From NCBI RefSeq assembly GCF_006345805.1, contig NC_042997.1:25606001-25670000 (forward strand): a DNA stretch of 64,000 bases, written 5' to 3'. This DNA comes from Octopus sinensis (taxonomy: Eukaryota). A model generated the notes under the pieces. The model searched no databases. It saw nothing but the letters and a program-made list of their open reading frames with translations, and was not told the DNA's origin. Position numbers and translations under genes: made by a program. Shown piece after piece: positions 36,777 to 51,176 of this stretch; positions within the stretch are counted from its first letter, which is position 1, and the number at the start of each line of letters is the position of its first letter.

Positions 36777-38168
36777 CTCTCTCTCTCCCTCTCTCTTTCC
36801 GAAAATTGACTTCAGTCTATTTCAATTTTGTCGTGCGTGAATATCTTTGTCTTCACGCTAATTGTACGGCCTTCCTACAATGTTACTTTACTTATTTAAA
36901 ATTTTCTATACTATTTACATTTCTCCCTCTATCGAAAACTGCTGTGTTATATTGCGTCACTTTCATTCGTTCACTTTTGATGTGTGTTTGAACGTTCGAT
37001 GTGTACGAGATAGTAAAGTACGTTTCAAACCTAGATGACGACGTCACATATATGAGTGTGAATTTATCTCTGAGTGTATGTGCGTAAGTGTATGTGTGTG
37101 TATGTCTCTCCCACTGTGTGTGTTCCCGCGTTAGGCACGTTATTAAAGATACACACACATCTATACATACATATACACCTGTGACGACTGACATGCGGGA
37201 ATATATGTTTTATGTCTTTCTTAATATGTGTATCTGTCTGTATGTGAGAGTGTATGTGTGCTTATCGTCACATATTTTTACATGAATGTGTATGTATCTG
37301 TTAGTGTGTGTGTGTGTGCTTGCCCGCCCGTTACCTACGTTAGTAAACACACACATACAACTACAAAAACTCTTGACAAAAAACCCTTACGTGTAAGGTC
37401 CAGGTTATATAAAAATGTACATCTACCGTTCCATTAACAGTTCATATTTATCACAGCAGTTGCAAGGTTGCAAGGTTTTTACAATTTGCTTATATTTGGT
37501 AACTTTACATAGCATACTAAAATATAAACATACTACATACGTACACCTGCTTACAAAAGTAGAGATTAATGTATATTTTTTCTACGTACCTAAATATGTG
37601 TTTAAAATATTGAAAAATATCACAATAGTAAAAACGTAATCTCTCCCGAAAAACCTACAAAGCAAGGGGGATGCAGCAAACCGAAAGCGAAGCTCTCAAA
37701 TGATAAGTGACATGAGACATTCTCCACATCAGCAAAGGCATGCTGGAGCACGTCAGATGGAACCTCAATACAGGAGGGGAATGACACTTTCCTAAATTCA
37801 CTAAACGCATGCTGCAGCAAGTGAAATACAGTCTCAAGAGATAAGGGAGATGAGACTTTCCCAAGAGCATCAAACGCATGCTGCAGTACATCAAACCGAG
37901 TCTCAAGACAGAAAGGAGATGAGACTTTCTCAAGATCAACAAAGACATGCTGTATCAAGTCAGATGGAATCTCAAAACAGAAGGGTAATGAAACTTACCC
38001 AAAATTAGCAAAGGCATGCTGCAGCACTTAATGATTCGAGATGAGTGTAATATAATATAATATTATATATATATATATATATATATAATTATATATAATA
38101 TATATATATATATATATAAAAACAATTAAAACCGTTTTAATCCGAGCAACGCCGGGTATCTTTGCTAG
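36381..38168 (+). mobile_element. Helitron-derived element carrying Rep N-terminal STPR-like 23-aa repeats
   Basis: 5' A|TCTATATATGAAAA and 3' ccgagcaacgccggg..CTAG|T. 37635-38045 encodes KRNLSRKTYKAR.. and 69-bp repeats such as EMRLSQEHQTHAAVHQTESQDRK / EMRLSQDQQRHAVSSQMESQNRR, with stops. That the two ends belong to one element is inferred. Confidence 0.7.
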
Positions 38169-38189
38169 TTACGTAATGAAATTTCGGCT

Positions 38190-38350
38190 CATGGTCACTA
38201 GTTCTTGAGGTGGATGAAAAGTTGATTTCATCCACCCAGTTCTTGTCAGATACGTATTTTATTGGGCCAGAAAATGATGAAAGGCAATGTCGACCTCAGG
38301 ACGCAAAGACGGAGGAAATGTGACTAAGCATCTCGCCCAGTGTGCTAACG
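38190..38350 (-). mobile_element. Family B SINE, diverged
   Basis: gatgaaaggcaatgtcgacctcag..ctaagcatctcgcccagtgtgctaacg. Confidence 0.7.
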
Positions 38351-38822
38351 GGTTTGCAAAGAAAATAATACGAATAATGGCGCTCACTTGGAAATTCTAC
38401 CGCTAAGCTTTCAGTTCTTTTGGTAAATGAAACAGCAGGGTATTTACATATTTGTACCCTAAACATAATCCTAGGTCGGAACGAAACTGACAAGAATAGA
38501 TCCTTGAATTAGAGGTAGAAACCGTCTGATGCACTTTCTATCCATTTTCGATTACAAGGTGAGGGTCGGCAATAAACTATAGGAAATTATAATGCCACTA
38601 ATGAAACCAATCCTAAGACCTTAGAAGTGCGAAATCAACTTTAAAAAACATTTTCTCCGAACTGTGCCAATCGCAGAGGCAACACCACAAAAGTATATAG
38701 CATTGAATTCTGTGCTTCAGCATTGTCAACTATCGAAAATAACACTAAACATCCAGTGACGTTACTCTGTCGTTTATACATGTGTATGGCGCCGTGCATG
38801 TGTGTCTCCATGTATTTCAGTG

Positions 38823-38873
<51 letters not shown>

Positions 38874-39041
38874 TGCGCTCGAATCTGTATATGTCTATGT
38901 GCATATAAACGTAAGTATGGGTTTATGTGTTTTTGTGTGAACCTGTGGAAGTGTGTGTTTGTGTATGCGCACATATACGTGTATATGTTTTTGTGTGCGT
39001 ATATATCTGAGCACGAGTGTGTATGTGCGCGCATGCGTGTG

Positions 39042-39086
<45 letters not shown>

Positions 39087-39359
39087 CTAGGTTTTCCATG
39101 TTGCCATACAAACAAATCTGCGTCGATATGAGCGCTAGATGAATAGTTTGGTAGATGTGGCGAAACACAACAAACGAAGGTATTGGGGATTTAGATAAAG
39201 GTAAATGCAACCCATATAAGATTTTCATATTAAGCGATACACTCTTTGATAGCAGTTGCATAAACCTACAGCTCTAAGATATTTGTGCATGTACGAATAG
39301 CTGCACACGGTATTGCAGAGCATATATGTGCATGTGTGTGCGTGTGAATATGTTTCAAT

Positions 39360-39437
39360 GTAGCTATGTAGATAGGTCGGCAAGGAAGTAGAAATGTATA
39401 TGTATGGTTATATATCTACGTACATACATATGCATGT

Positions 39438-39514
<77 letters not shown>

Positions 39515-41020
39515 TACATATATATATATAATATATATATGTATATGTGCACACACACATACATATATATATATATATACACACACATACACATACACGT
39601 ACATACACACATGTATGTATATACCTACATTCGCATATGGTCACAAAAGGCAACGAACTGTTGCCTTCTGCAAATACACACACAGAAGAAGGTAAATAAA
39701 CACACGCTTGTGAATGGTGTTTGAATGTTGTTATGAATATGAATATAGATTTATTTATAAACGAGCGTGTTTCGTTAAAAAGAAAATCTTTATTAATCAT
39801 TCAGTGAACGAAAATGTTATATGAATACACAATCATGCTCATATTCACGTATGTATATTCAGTAACATCTTCATAATCACGCTTCACATATACACACATA
39901 CAGACACATAAATATCTGTGTGTGTATGCCTATGAATTTTTGTGTCTACCAGATAATTTGAATATATATATGTATGTGTATGTATGTGTGTGTGTTTATA
40001 AGTAAGAATATTTCTTTGTGCGTATGTGTATGTGTGTGCATATTTAATGTTTCTGTATACATATATAAATATATTCCCTATTAATATTTGCATATAGCTA
40101 TACCTATCATAATAGATCTCATATGCATGTAGATAAGAAAATGTTTACATATCTTTCTTGCTATCATTTTATCTATCTAAGGAGTTATATTTCTTTCTAC
40201 TTACCTCCATATACAATAACAGATAACAAAAAACAAAAGAAGAAATTTTAAAAAATTTTAAAGGTCATTCCTGAACCATAAAGTGAGTTTCCTTCGAAAC
40301 AGTGACGGATGGAGGACCTGTCAGTAGCAAGATTACTCATTTTCCCTAGCTGAGTGGGTTGGAACAACGGGCAATTAAGTGTTTCACTTAAAAACGCAAC
40401 ACATCACCCGGTACAGGAATCGAAACCACAATCTGAAAATTCGAACTGAAACTTCCTACCCACGAAGCTATGCGCCTATACGCTCTCTTTCACACACTCT
40501 CCGATAAAAAACATAAAATATATGTATTTGTGTGTATATATAATATATGCTTATATGTATGCATAAACACACACACACACATATATATATTTGAGTTTAT
40601 ATGTATCTATACATATATATACATCTCTCTCTCTCTATATATATATATATACATACAGTTATATATAATATATATAAAATATAATATATACACAAACATA
40701 TAGGCATATATATATGTGTGTGTGTATGTGTGTGTATGTGTGTGCGTATGTGTGTGTGTGTGTATGCAATAACTTGTAATAAATATACATATAAAATTAA
40801 CCATATAACTTCCATACTCGTGGCCACATTCACAGACATAAATGCAGATGTACGTATCTCAACATACTTATTTTATATCTAAATATTGTAATACACTAAT
40901 ACATATGCAACGCATGCTTACCCAGACACATACACTACTCATTCTGCGTATACAATATTCATAGTATATATATGCATATATACATATATAGATATATATA
41001 GATATATATATATATATATA

Positions 41021-41059
<39 letters not shown>

Positions 41060-42097
41060 ATGTCAGTTTTGAGTAATGTGTTTCAATTGGGAAGAGACAA
41101 AGGTGAGATAGGAAACCTCAAAAAAATCAAGATATTTCGAGACACATTTATTTTAAACCGGAGAAATTGAAATAGAACAAATTAGAAAAAAAAAAGAATT
41201 TTATAAACATTATTGATGAAAAATTTATTAAAGTATTACACAATCAGTTCGTATATAAACAAAATATAATACATTCATACACATATGAATACGTAAATAG
41301 GTTCATACATAAATGCATGCATACGTACAAAGGTATATGTATACATACTTAGGCATGAATGTACATACTTACAGATAGGCATATATTCATACAAACATAC
41401 ACACTTAAATTGCATACGTTCATGCAAATATATATATATATATATATACATACATACAAGCATACATACATATATACATATATTCACACATAGATAGATA
41501 GTTACATACATACACACGTTCATACATACATACATACATAACTACATACAAACATACATACATACATACATACATACATAACTACATACATACATACATA
41601 ACTACATACATACATACATACATACATACATACAAGTAAAAATGAGGCACAACTACTTCCCGCCTGCAAACATAAAATGATATAGAAGTATTCTTTTCCA
41701 GTCGATACGCAAAAGTTTATATGAATATCAAATAAGAGCAAACGATACGTCACATATACACGTATGCCCACATGCACGCTAAGAAAGAGAGAGAGGGAGG
41801 CGCGCACGAACCGATTTACACACACACAAACAGAAACGCACACACGTGTATTGATATATACATGTTTTCATATATATGTGTATGTACTATCTACGTATGC
41901 ATATGTGTACTCTATATGTATGTATGTATGTATGTATGTATGAACGTATTTATATTCATTATTATATATATATATATAATTATATATATATATATAAATT
42001 TTATATGTATATATATAACATATATATGTATATATACATATAATTATGTATATATAATATATATATAATATATATATATAAATACACTAACCTAGAG

Positions 42098-42138
<41 letters not shown>

Positions 42139-42449
42139 TGTGTGTCTGAGTGTGTGTGTGTGTGTGTATGTATATCCTTAAAATATGCAGACGTAGCGAC
42201 ATAGGGATAGGTACACAAACAGACATATATACGCATGCTTACGTTTATACAAACATACGTTTACGCATATTTTACACATACGTATATGTGCGCAGGTTTG
42301 CAAGATTATATGTTCATCTACATGTTGTAAATTATATGTGTGTACACGTTGTTGTATATATTTATATATAATACAGACTACGACATAGCTCGACAGCAAT
42401 ACACTTGTGTGTATGCACATACAAACACGCACATTTATATATGTGAATG

Positions 42450-42483
<34 letters not shown>

Positions 42484-42487
42484 GAAT

Positions 42488-42524
<37 letters not shown>

Positions 42525-42973
42525 GATATATATATATATAATAATGATGAGTGTAAGCAAGAGGATACGTTGCGTATCTGTGTTTAGATATTTGATTGTA
42601 TAGAAATACATGCGGGTGTACGTTGATATATATATGCATACTTATCTACATATATACATACGAATGTATATAAGATGACGCGGCTAATACATGTTTCAGA
42701 GGAATTCGTCAACTCTCCATCACTTCTTCCACCTGTATAAATCTTTAAATAGATAAACACATCATTTTCTTATACATCATTTAAATGTGTTTTCTCTAGA
42801 ACTTTTCAAATATTTTCCTCCCAAATTCACAACAATGCAAAACATATGAATCCTATTACATATTTAATAATGTCTTTCGGTTATAAATATTTTCATTCCT
42901 TTTCTTCTATTATGTATACACACCTATACACACACACAGAGGCGCAGGCACATTTATATACATAAATGGAAAT

Positions 42974-43014
<41 letters not shown>

Positions 43015-43135
43015 TACGTATACGTACATATCATACACATATACATACATATACTATATAAATATATATATTATATATATTATATATATATACATATATA
43101 AACAAAGGCGCACGCACGCATTGCTAGTAACTATA

Positions 43136-43175
<40 letters not shown>

Positions 43176-43254
43176 CACATCTATATATAAGTACTATAAT
43201 ATATATATACGTAATGTATATGTATAAATATATACATATGTGTTTTATATATTA

Positions 43255-43285
<31 letters not shown>

Positions 43286-43912
43286 TTATGTATATATACA
43301 TACATACATATATATATGTATATATCATATATACGTATATATATGTATTATATATACTTTATATATAATTACATCTACCTAGTTATCTATCTATCCTTCC
43401 ATCATCTCTCTATCTATCTACCTATCTATCCATCTCTCTCTCTCTGTATATATATATATATACACGTGCGTGTAATATATATTGAAAATATTAATATCCA
43501 TGTATATGGGTGTATACGGTATGCATTAAACTTCCACCTACACATATATAGTAATGCTTATAGTAGAACATCTGCAAATAAAAGTCTATTTGATCATGTG
43601 TATACACTTATCAATATGTGAAAAAATAAGAACGACGGGGACAGATTCACAAATACACAACATGATAAGCAGATACCGAACAGATTTTGATTGATATTAG
43701 TCAATATTTATGTAAACATATAGGTGAAATATTTTCATTATTTTTATCATACGAATGATAGGTACACACACAACACACACACACACACCACACACACCCC
43801 ACACACACACACATATATATATATATATACGTATTATACGTATATTTATGTATATTATATATATATATAATATATATATATATGCATACATATATATGCA
43901 TACACACACCCA

Positions 43913-43945
<33 letters not shown>

Positions 43946-44198
43946 TATATATAATATATATATATATCATACAGACACAGACACGCATATGTATATGTCC
44001 ATATATAAATTTGTGTCTTACGTTTAAGCACATAATGCATGCATATCTATACACACATCTATATTGATGTATGTTTAAAAATGTCTCTGGACACACACAA
44101 CTGGATATAAATACATATACACATTGCAAAAATAGATACACACACACACATACCTTCATACATACATACCTAGACAAACACACACACACACACACACA

Positions 44199-44243
<45 letters not shown>

Positions 44244-44480
44244 GTATACATAAATATATTTACATATACATATATATACATATATACATATGTATACATA
44301 AATATATATATATGTGTGTATATATATATATGTGTGCGCGTGCATATATGTTGTATATATATATAGAATTTGTTATACACACACACATATATACATGCAC
44401 CTACATATACTTGTATATAGAGGTAGATAGAATCAAACATACACACACACACATACACACACATATATACATGCTTATAT
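39360..44480. repeat. About 5-kb block of mosaic TA/CA/TG/CATA microsatellites
   Basis: Directly visible, with short unique spacers. Confidence 0.9.
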
Positions 44481-45146
44481 ATCTTTGTTGTATTTTTGAT
44501 ACTGGACCGTTACTTAACCCGCACTTTGAAACTTAAACATGTACGGCGTTAAAGTGTCATTTACGGAAATAACTGGCGTCTGAGTCCATTTATATCTGAA
44601 TTACCTGAAAAGGACTAATGTAATTCGACAATGAATGAATTGTACCTATCTTTTTTAGTATGAGTGCGTATTTATGGATGTCTGGCCCTCATGTATGTGT
44701 CTGACTTTTCATTTGTAGATATGTATATGTGCATGCTTATGTTTGTTAAATGGAAACGTCGAAATATTTTTTTAATGCATACATCTAATTTCTGTATAGA
44801 ATATATACTATGCAGAGAGCCTACAAAATATGTAAAGCATAACTGGCTCCCAATGACTATTCTTAATTGACATCAGTTTCTTTTGTGTTCAACGAACGTT
44901 TATATTGATAAAAGGATAGTTCTTCTCTATTACATAACTTTATATTGTGCTACATTTTTAATACATTAAAACTCTCAGAAATATGGTGTATTCTGTCGTG
45001 AATCTTGCTCACAAAATGCCCTACATGTATACAGTTACAAATACAGAGATTATAAAGTCGATAAAATCAAGTGGAATAAAGTAAACAGATAAGTTATAAT
45101 GTCAGAAAAAAGTTGTAAGTGATATATCTTCTATCTTTCTTTTACA

Positions 45147-45585
45147 TATTACTTGTTTCACTCATTAGACTGCGGCCATGCTGGGGGCACTGCCTTGAGG
45201 AATTTTACTCCAATGACATAAATTATTATATATATTTTAAGCCTGACACTTGTTGTATTGTTATCATTTGCCGAACTACTAAGTTGCAAGAACAGAAACA
45301 CACCGACACCGGTTCCCAAACGGTTGCTTTTTGTGGTCGAGTGACAAACAGCGACACATAGATACATGCACAAGTGCACACACAGGTATGCATAGAATGA
45401 ACTTATCCATTTTTAATCTACCAAATCCACTCATAGGATTTATTTGGCCCGAGCCAATAGTAGAAGGTACCTCGAAATTGAACCTGGAACCATGTGGTTG
45501 GTACCCCGAAATTGGTACCTGGTACCCCGAAATTGAACCTGGAACCATGTGGTTGGGAATCAAATTTCTTACCTCACAACCATGT
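45147..45585 (-). mobile_element. Family A SINE, diverged, with internally duplicated head segment
   Basis: Tail gcggccatgctggggcac; gaaattgaacctggaaccatgtggttgg occurs twice (about 45473 and 45529). Confidence 0.75.
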
Positions 45586-47314
45586 ATGTGTGTACCCACA
45601 CACACATACACACACAACTGATGAAGGAAATGAAATAATGGATTTCGTACGAATATTTGTTTAACACTACGATCGTTTCGATCCTGCAGCTATCCCGTGC
45701 GAGTAGGATACTGTGCATTTAGCTGTGTTGTATCAATTAGTGCACTCTGTGTCTCCTCAGATCTTTGGTATAACAGATACACTACTACATATACTGAGTC
45801 CTTGCAGGTGTGTTGTACTCTCTCGTAATATGTGGGTACACAGAATCATATAAAATCTATTTTCTGTTTCCCTCATCAATTATAAACCAAACGAACACTG
45901 AGGAATTCCTGATGTAGATTTCGTGAAAATTATGAGGTAACTGTGCATGACATCAGGCAGCCCAAACGGTGAATGTGCTTTAATCGGCATACTAATAGAC
46001 TGATACCCAAAGTCCAAGTAATTTTTCATAAATATATGTGTATGTGTTTGCGTGTTCTGAGTTCTATTTTTTCCTGTTTACATCGCCAAACATACACACA
46101 CGCGCAAACACACATACCGACGTGTTCATATTTTTATGCCTGTATATATGTTTGCAATTATGTATGTATTTATACCAACATTATATCATGCTAATTTGCT
46201 TTTCAGACATCAAACCCCTTCCTTTTGTTACCATTTTTTACCGACTTTGTTCTAAAATTCTACTTCTACACTTTCACCTACTTCACCGTTTTCTTCTCTG
46301 TTTCCTTTATTTCATCTTCTACCACACAACCTTCTCACTTTATCCACATTCACGTCCTACTGAAGTCCACTCCCTCTCAGCAAATAAGCTGTGCCTCTCA
46401 CGGCTTGTGCTTATGGTGTTAGTATTTATCGTTATTTCGGTTAGTTTTTAGCGGTCAAGTCTTATGTTACTCATTACCGACTATGCATTCTGGATAAGCT
46501 AATCTGGTGTACTTCGAATTCCTATGCTACAGAGATGCGTTGAAGTTTTGGGAATTTTAATTCCATTCATTTATAGCATAAGATATAATCTCTTGTCTTC
46601 ATGACACAATCAAATGGGAATTAAGGATTCTGCCCTTGGTTTCTGACAGTGTAGAGACGACAACATATCATTGGAAATGTGTGCTTTTACTACTCTAATC
46701 GAGCTCTTTCCGTTTTTTATTTCTTACCTCTGTCATTCAAAACAGAATGCATTTCACAAGAGTTGCACAATAATTTATTTCTGAACCAATATATCTGCAG
46801 TGTGAATCTGGATTTAAGAGTGATTTAGGTTAAATCAGTTTGAATCAATTATATGCGGTCCAGTTATTCCATACATGCTGTATATACTGCCCTTTGACAG
46901 ATAGTCTCTCTCTTCGTGCACACCTATCTGTGCATTGCAAAAATATTCGAGTTGGGTTATTTCTCATGTGTCTATAAATTTTTGGTCGGGATCAGCGACT
47001 TGTATAGACTGTTATAGCACTTTACCATCTTTTCAAAGAACGTCAGGAAAGTGCTCACTTTCGATGCGTGTGATAACATCAAGATAATGGCTTGCATGTT
47101 CAAACCTTCGTGGTTCCATTTTGAACATGCCAGTGATGGTTTTTCAATGTTTACTATGTGTCAGTGACGTTTATCCAAACTAAGGCTATCAATAAATGAT
47201 TGATAAAGGAAATATACAGAAACATGCTTTATTAATTTATATGGTGCACAAAGTAGAGTTATTCAGAATTTATTTATTTTCGAGATGCAACCTGTCATTT
47301 TTAAGCATGGAATA

Positions 47315-47520
47315 AGGCATCCAAGTGGCAAAATCGTTAGCACGTCGGACGAAATGTTTCGCCCGTCGCTACGTTCTGAGTTCAAATTCCGTCGAGGTCG
47401 ACTTTGCCTTTCATCCCTTCGGAGTCGATAAATTAAGTACCAGTAAAACACAGGAGTCGTTGTAATCGACTAGTCCCTCCGTCTCAAATTTCAGGCCTTG
47501 TGCCTTTATTAGAAAGGATT
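47315..47520 (+). mobile_element. Family B SINE
   Basis: tggcaaaatcgttagcacgtc..gagttcaaattccgtcgaggtcgactttgcctttcatcc. Confidence 0.85.
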
Positions 47521-48059
47521 TTTAAACATGAAATATAAAAATACTTCAGATGCTTGAACGTTAGATATCACATGAGGGATATCTAATTGTCATTTCTAGA
47601 AAGTTGAGCGAATATTTTGAGTAGTACATTTATGTTCTTTTCTCCTTATATGAGTGATATTTCGAAAACATTTTAACGACGAATTTGTATAAGTAATTGT
47701 TCCAAATTCCAGATTTTTGAGTGCAGATACCAGACGTCACGTGGCGTGTTGTTTATTTTTTGTTCTCGGAAATAATTTTTAATTCTCCCGAACATCAGTG
47801 AACACGAAATTTCTGATGAACACCATTAGAACACCATAAGTTATGGTTGCAAGTACATATACATGTGTATATTTCTATGCGTGTGAAATATATGAATTTC
47901 TATGTATGTTCAATAGGAGAACACGTTCTAACCTGGTTGACGTAAATGAATAACAAGATATATAATACGTTTCTTTGAGCAAAATTCCTGATGCTAATAG
48001 GTCTCTAGTCTCAGCACAGAGCAGCGGCTATGCTGATGCACCGTCGTTTAAAAAAATTG

Positions 48060-48235
48060 TTGAAGGAGATAGTCGATTACATCGACTACAACATTCAGCT
48101 CGTACTTATTTTATCGACCCCGAAAGGATGAAAGGCAAAGTCGATCTCGGCGGAATTTGAACTCAGAATGTAAATACGAACGAAATGCCGCTAAACATTT
48201 TCCCCTGCCTGCTATCGATTCTGCCAGGTGATTGG
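48060..48235 (-). mobile_element. Family B SINE
   Basis: cgaccccgaaaggatgaaaggcaaagtcgatctcggcggaatttgaactc. Confidence 0.85.
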
Positions 48236-48406
48236 TTACAAATAATGATAAAGTTTGTTCAAAACTCGAGCATTTCATAGTAATATATAGATATACATAG
48301 AACTGTAAATATATGGGTACACACGTAAATATATGTAGACATACATACATTTACATATCATCTATCTAGCTAGCTAGGTAGCGAGCTGGCTATATATATA
48401 TATATG

Positions 48407-48476
<70 letters not shown>

Positions 48477-48477
<1 letters not shown>

Positions 48478-48825
48478 TAGCAGTATCGCCCGGCGTTGCT
48501 CAGGTTTGTAAGGGAAATAACTATAAAGCATTTTTAGAGAGTTATAGCCAAAAAAGCAAAAAAAAAAAAATGGAAAAAAAAATGATGGTAAATTATCCGG
48601 TTTGTGTTTCTGATTCTCGACCCCATGTCGAATTTATCGATTTTTTTTCAGAACTGGGGGAACTTTTCAAAATTTTCGCGTTGCGTTAGTTTTGAATTAT
48701 GAATTCATTGGGCTATGTGTGTGTCAAGTTTCATCAGAATCGTGTTGTGAAAGCTGTGGTCAGGGTGAGGGTACAAGCAAACAGACACACAAGAAACACG
48801 CACAGACAAACTGCCGTTTATATAT

Positions 48826-48830
<5 letters not shown>
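48477..48830 (-). mobile_element. Non-autonomous Helitron-type element inserted in (TA)n
   Basis: Shares ctagcagtatcgcccggcgttgctc.ggtttgtaagggaaataacta with 10281; 5' TCTCTATATATAAAC. Confidence 0.8.
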
Positions 48831-48881
<51 letters not shown>

Positions 48882-48885
48882 GTAT

Positions 48886-49302
48886 GTGGCTGTGTGGTAA
48901 GTAGCTTGCTAACCAACCACATGGTTCCGCGGTTCAGTCCCACTGCATGGCATCTTGGGCAATTGTCTTTGATATAGTCCCGGGCCGACCAATGCCTTGT
49001 GAGTGGATTTGGTAGACGAAACTGAAAGAAGCCTGTCGTATATATGCATATATATATATATATATTATATGAATGTGTGTGTGTTTTGTGTGTCTGTGTT
49101 TGTTCCCTTGCATTGCTTGACAACCGATGCTGGTGTGTTTACGTCCCCGTCACTTAGCGGTTCGGCAAAAAGAGACCGATAGAATAAGTTACTGGGCTTA
49201 CAAAAGAATAAGTCCCGGGGTCGAGTTGCTCGACTAAAGGCGGTGCTCCAGCATGGCCGCAGTCAAATGACTGAAACAAGTAAAAGAGAGTAAAGAGTAA
49301 AG
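48886..49302 (+). mobile_element. Family A SINE, full length
   Basis: Head gtggctgtgtggtaagtagcttg through tail gtaaaagag. Confidence 0.92.
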
Positions 49303-49331
49303 AATATATATATATGCATGTATATACACAA

Positions 49332-49377
<46 letters not shown>

Positions 49378-49640
49378 GTTTCCATGTATGTGTATAATTG
49401 TGGTGGAGGAACATTCATATAATTTCACTTGCTTTAGTACATGTTTAAAAAGCATCACCGTACATGACCGTCTTTGTTTCTGACTCATAATCTCTTAGTT
49501 CTTAAGTCACTCTACATAACACAAGGTGAGTTCCTGATTTTTACCATTGTTCAAAAATGTAAGTATATATATATATATGTGAATGCATGACTGCTTATAT
49601 GCATTTAAGTATTCGCCTGTATGTCTCTCTGTGTATGGGT

Positions 49641-49803
49641 ACCTATGTAGATACGCATCCATAAACATACCTACATATATGTGTGTGTTTATAATGCGTA
49701 TATATATATCTACGCATATGCAATCAACCCTACATATGTACATAGACATTTTTGCTTGCGTTTGCATATATATATATATATATATATATATAGGGCATGT
49801 TTC

Positions 49804-49846
<43 letters not shown>

Positions 49847-50355
49847 GCATGTTTCATAATATATATATATATATTTATATCACTTCAAATTTAAAAAGTT
49901 GGCCGCGGATAATCTGCGGAATTGTGAATTATTCGTGAATTTACCTATGTGAATTTATACCTATGAGATACGCATCCATAAACAACCTACATATATGTGT
50001 GTGTTTATAATGCGTATATATAATCTACGCATATGCATCAACCCTACATATTACATAGACATTTTTGCTTGTGTTTGCATATATACACACACATATATAT
50101 ATAATATATATATATATATGGGGCATGTTTCATATATATATATATATATTTATATCCACTTCAAATTTAAAAAGTTGGCCGCGGATAATCTGCGGAATTG
50201 TGAATTATTCGTGAATTATACCTATGTGAATTATACCTATGTAGATACGCATCCATAAACATACTACATATATGCGTGTGTTTATAATGTGGTATATTAT
50301 AACTACGCATATGCAATCAACCATACATATGTACATAGACATTTTTGCTTGTGTT

Positions 50356-50397
<42 letters not shown>

Positions 50398-50404
50398 GGG
50401 CATG

Positions 50405-50446
<42 letters not shown>

Positions 50447-50516
50447 ATATATATCCACTGGAACTTCAAATTTAAAAGTTGGCCGCGGATAATCTGCGGA
50501 ATTGTGAATTATTCGA
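49641..50516. repeat. Tandem triplication, units about 318/276/282 bp
   Basis: acctatg(t)agatacgcatccataaac starts at 49641, 49959 and 50235. Each unit ends with cttcaaatttaaaaagttggccgcggataatctgcggaattgtgaattattcg. Confidence 0.92.
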
Positions 50517-50519
50517 CAA

Positions 50520-50678
50520 AATGAACAAAACATGGCGACAACAAACCACGATCTTGTGTGGTCCTGCCTTTTCTACCTTGTCACTTCCATCGGTACTGAC
50601 TGAATCATGGCGCCTCCGACTGTGTAATTATGTAATTTGTATTCAAGCAATTGGTAATAGAGGCGCTGAGCTGTAAGT
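50520..50678 (+). promoter_or_regulatory. Possible first exon / TSS-proximal region
   Basis: AACATGGCG (about 50529) and TCATGGCG (about 50605), YY1-like/Kozak-like; ends at CT|GTAAGT (50673). Confidence 0.25.
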
Positions 50679-50943
50679 CCCCAGGGTAACAATTGCCATC
50701 AGTGTGATCAGCGAACCATCACACGAACTTCAAACTCTGTGTCACTTCTATGTGCGTTGCGAGCTACGTTCGGAATATTCTGCAATACACACACGAGTGT
50801 AAGTTCACACATACTCACTTACACACACAGTCGCCTATATATGTATACATACAAATACATGTATCTCGCGCCATGTGTATGTATATATTAAGTACGTATT
50901 TATTTCTATATGTGCACATGTATGTTTTATGTACGTGTAACCA

Positions 50944-51021
<78 letters not shown>

Positions 51022-51141
51022 CCTATCTATCTATCTACCTATCTATCTATCTATCTATCTATCTATATATCTATCTATCTGTATATATATATATATATAT
51101 ATATATGTTTGTATGTATGCATTATCTATCTATCTATCTAC

Positions 51142-51176
<35 letters not shown>

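Noticed and set aside
37620-37958. Minus-strand 23-aa repeat ORF as an LRR protein
   Set aside because: Better explained as the antisense of Helitron STPR-like repeats; the LRR Asn and spacing are not conserved.
37660-38045. Regularly spaced repeats as a CRISPR array
   Set aside because: Degenerate 69-bp coding tandem repeats with no unique spacers and no cas genes; eukaryotic context.
43701-44345. 214-aa ORF
   Set aside because: Entirely microsatellite-derived.
34045-44620. AG|GT recursive-splice-like sites on the minus strand (about 34045, 40204, 44606)
   Set aside because: Expected by chance in 64 kb of AT-rich DNA; untestable without saw-tooth nascent RNA data.
45610-45960. Further hammerhead-like words (CTGATGAAGG at 45617; GAAAC-GATC-GTA on the minus strand at about 45670)
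   Set aside because: The two core halves cannot be joined by consistent stems on the same strand.
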